A stretch of DNA of 63,963 nt, filler included, from Trypethelium eluteriae (taxonomy: Eukaryota): assembly GCA_051942245.1 (NCBI GenBank). It is 3 parts of 3 records of this genome, joined end to end, with 100 filler letters (N's around TTAATTAATTAA, not from the genome) between each part and the next. Parts side by side here need not be neighbours in the genome. Positions count along the whole stretch, not along the records: positions 43,053 to 63,963 come from JAVECL010000482.1; 2 more parts are not named here. One strand, written 5' to 3'. Numbering within the stretch: position 1 is the first letter of the stretch; each line of letters starts with the position of its first letter. Under the pieces are notes generated by a model. The model was not told the origin of the DNA, ran no database searches, and worked only from the letters and a program-made list of their open reading frames with translations. Positions 60,656 through 63,963 of this stretch are shown in pieces. Both the position numbers and the translations under genes were made by a program.

Positions 60656-62396
60656 ATGACTTTGAACGTCAGCTGGGTATTGACAGCCCTGCTGGCAGTA
60701 TTGGCAACAGCAACATCAACGTCTTCCGGAAACAATCAGTCAGAATTTGCTCCCTATGCGCGCTACAATGATTCGTCTGTAGTGGTTCCGGACAGCTATA
60801 TCATTAAATTTAAAGATAATCACACAATACAGCACCATCTCGACCATATTGGCGTGAATATCTCTTCGATGGGCCACGAGTACTTTTATTTGGATATAAT
60901 CCCTGGATATCATATCAAAGTCAACGAATCAGTGATTCATGGTCTTATCAGGAGAGATCCAGGGGTCGAATGGGTCGAACATACCACCTTCGCCTCCCCA
61001 CCAAAACTTCCAACAATGGATCATGACGGGAGCCTTTCGTCTTCAGAGCGATCGAAACGATGGCAAGCTGTCATGGAGGAGACAGCAACTCTTGAGCTGG
61101 CTCAACAGTCAACCAATCGAACAATCTCTAGACGTGATGATGGCGCCCGTGAGTATTGGCACTGGAGTGAGGCGGGCAGCAATGTAGACATTTACATTCT
61201 CGACTGGGGAGTGGATATCAACCACCGTGAGTTTGGTGGCCGAGCTTATAATTTTAACGGCTTTAACGCCTCGCCCTATCTCGAACCACCGGAGAATGCC
61301 ATGGGAGATACGAGCGTATGGGGTCACGGTATGGCTACACTTAGCAATTGACGTATCCCCACTTAGCAAGTCATTCTGACTACTTCCAGGCAACTGCATT
61401 GCGTCTCTCGCTGCCGGCACACTTTTTGGAACCGGCAAAAGGGCAAATATCATCAATGTTAAAGTTATCAACCACGAGGTACGAATCCAATGGCACAGAA
61501 TTATCCAGGCATTAGAGTGAGTCCATAAGGGTTTCCCCTTCCTCCTTCTGCAACTGAATGGACCCATTCTTAGAAAATACCGTACTAATTCGATGTGTTC
61601 CCTACAGCGATGTCAGGAAAGCCCATAAAGCCAAGAAGCGAAATCGTCGCTCCCCTTTTGCAGGATCGATTGTAGTGCTATCGTTGGGCTCAAATATTGA
61701 GCTGGGTGGTCGACCCCTTCGATCAGCAATCAAGAAGGTAAGGCGCTCTGGAATTCCCATCGTTGTTGCTGCCGGGAATGATCATGCAGATGCTGCCCAA
61801 ATATTTCCATGCAACTTTCCGGAGTCGATCTGTGTTTCATCGGTCAACCATAGATATCAAAGAACCGAATGGTCCAACTTTGGAAAACCCATAACCGTTG
61901 CAGCACCAGGGCTCCGAGTTCCGTGTGCAGGTCTCCGCGGCGGGTACACTGTTTTAAGTGGAACTTCTTTCTCAGCGGGCTACGTAGCTGGGACTATTTC
62001 GAACTTTATGAGCTACGAAAAATTACGATCGAATGTGAACTTAGTAATGCGACGAATGAAAGACAATTGGAACGTCGGACTCCTAATATCGGACTTCCCA
62101 CCAGACCTAGAAACAGCAAATACATTCAACAGCAACGGATTTATGAAACCAAACAAATTACCTACCCAGCCATATGTTGGCGCTCCACTCGAGCGAAGGG
62201 TTCGCCGTCAACTCTGGGAACTTGGAGCCGACGCCAATGATTCGCTCCGTCTACAAGGGACTACTACTGGTAAGTGCACCTGGTTTGATTCGCACTGTCT
62301 TAAGTTAATTTCATTTGTCGTGTTATAGCAACTTTGCCAAGCATAACGCCTACTATTCCTCCTGGTGGCTCCCTGGTCAACTTTACGAAGCCGTAA
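60656..62396 (+). CDS. Secreted subtilisin-like S8 protease (proteinase K-like) with I9 propeptide
   Basis: Signal peptide; VVPDSYIIKFK; YILDWGV (Asp), GHGNCIASLAAG (His), VVAAGND, SNFG, LSGTSFSAGYVAG (Ser). Three introns (starting about 61329, 61517, 62270). Confidence 0.85.
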
Positions 62397-62937
62397 CCCC
62401 GGACTTAAGGGAATAGGTAGGCGAGGCAGACTCTCGAACACGCGACCAAAGCAAGCTGAAGAGCTGTTCGAGTTATGCAAGAGGTACGCGGTCTCGCGAT
62501 CGAAATAAACCGCGCTGACGATCGATAAACTCCAGAGCTTGCGGGCGTAGGAAACGATATTCCAACGGTAGCTTCGTGAAGGATACTCTACCGCTCATAG
62601 ACTCTCATACAATTAGCTAGAGCTACTTAAAGGGAAATGCTCGCGCTCGAGGCTACGTTACTACCTCTCTCTTTCCATGCCTTTATGTTGTCTTCCATTC
62701 CAACGTAGTACAGTGAAATGCAAAGTCTACGAGTAGCTCTCCTTGCAGTCTCAGCAGTCTGCAAGGCCTACTAGTCGTAGGGGAGTGACAGATTTGATCT
62801 GGATAGAGCGCGAAGCCGGGGAGCATAGGACCTGTCCAGTCTCACAGTCAATAAAGCATACAAGCCTCCAGAGAATGGCACGACTTCGTTCCCAAAAACC
62901 ATCTTAATCACTTCAGATTCTATCTATAGTCTTTGCA

Positions 62938-63510
62938 ATGCTTATCCCAAATGTTGCTCCGGATATGGCGTGTCCTAAACATGGCTTCACAGGTCATTCC
63001 ATATGCTCTGAGCCTTTGAAAACCACCTCTGGCAATGCTTGCAAGTCGGACTCGAAACCCTCAAAGTCGACTTTCTCCGGGAACTCTCCACCTGCTTCGA
63101 AACTTAAGCATTCCAACACCCGGGCTTGAAACTCCGTCAAGAATTGGCTGACGTCTCATGAATGCAAGGAGAGCACTAAGAAAGAGGTCTTAGCCCAAAA
63201 GATACAGAACAAGTGCGGAATTCCTGATTTCTCTGACATACGCCTTGGTGGCGAGGTGACGGATCCACTTTCAGTCCACGATTCATGCAGTGAGATCCGC
63301 AAAAAGATCTCGTCTTGCCTTCGACTTGGTGGTGTGGACCAAAGCCAATTCCTCAAGGCTCTCAAGGACCAAACTCGTATCGACAAGTACCCTGTACGCA
63401 TGGATCCTAGGATATTGAACAAGTTTCGACGTTCCAAGGGCGCCAATGGAGCGAATCCGAACAAGATTTACTACGCATGGAGAAGTCATAGCCAAATGGA
63501 TCCAACATAA
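62938..63510 (+). pseudogene. DUF7726-like protein remnant with in-frame stop
   Basis: ORFs 62938-63129 and 63256-63510 share a frame and are separated only by TGA 63127-63129. VHDSCSEIRKKISSCLR...FRRSKGANGANPNKIYYA resembles DUF7726, then similarity stops. Confidence 0.5.
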
Positions 63511-63773
63511 GGGTATACGCAAAGAACAAGCGGTAAAGATAGTCTCCGCCCGGGTATCTCGACATTGTAAGACTGACATTCTGGAGATGTCAGGCGAGTA
63601 TGTCACCATATAGAATTTGGACAGGTTTCACATGGAAGGTAAGTTTCGCTCAATGAACACCGACTGGTTGTACGACCAGGATAATTCTTTGCTTACTAGA
63701 CTTAGAATAAAGTGTATCAACACACGTTTTCGGCACAAATCATCACAATTCTCACTGCTTCTTTTCATTGCTT

Positions 63774-63963
63774 TCACCCAACCACAATTGCATCAATCCA
63801 TGGCGTCCCGCTCGTCTGGAATATCGTGACCACATTTCCTCCGTACAAGTAATCGACATTAATCGTCTGACTCTGATTCCCACTAAACGTCAGCGTCTGG
63901 TTCGTCAAAAAGTTCATCCCCACTTCCACCGTCCCACTCCCACCCCCAATCACCGTCAGCCTC
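63774..63963 (-). CDS. 3' end of a gene extending beyond the window; beta-sandwich/CBM-like C-terminus
   Basis: Open frame RLTVIGGGSGTVEVGMNFLTNQTLTFSGNQSQTINVDYLYGGNVVTIFQTSGTPWIDAIVVG*. Confidence 0.55.
   Translation of the reverse strand, partial: RLTVIGGGSGTVEVGMNFLTNQTLTFSGNQSQTINVDYLYGGNVVTIFQTSGTPWIDAIVVG

Noticed and set aside
58950..62396. Gasdermin/subtilisin (het-Q-like) pair
   Set aside because: The S8 protease has a signal peptide and I9 propeptide, and the divergent upstream ORF fragments show no recognisable gasdermin features.

Overview
Eukaryotic DNA from a filamentous ascomycete (short GT-AG introns with CTRAC branch points; RIP-type C-to-T damage). Two 100-bp N/TTAATTAATTAA/N linkers (21470-21569, 42953-43052) split the window into three contigs whose adjacency is not guaranteed. 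Segment 1 (1-21469) is accessory DNA. It holds a hydrolase-NACHT-ankyrin NLR with near-identical 102-bp repeats and a 190-bp foldback hairpin. It also holds an approximately 11-kb block (7654-18658) bounded by 66-bp Tc1-like terminal inverted repeats with no recognisable transposase. That block carries a stop-interrupted HeLo-like/SesA-N gene, a broken SEC18/NSF fragment, an F-box-like gene, an AAA ATPase core and an intact trypsin-fold protease whose stop codon overlaps the right repeat. The segment ends in a RIP-destroyed hAT transposon. Segment 2 (21570-42952) is a housekeeping block: CCT7, importin beta-3, CBS-PB1 protein, RPS26, VanZ-like protein and SPT7, followed by a GH43 fragment. Segment 3 (43053-63963) has a PRISE-like reductase, a Tri101-like acetyltransferase, a PTH11-like membrane protein, a carboxylesterase, two tandem multi-exon acylphosphatase-like genes largely missed by the ORF track with different catalytic residues lost, and a divergent subtilisin. 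All family assignments come from motif recognition by eye, not database searches.
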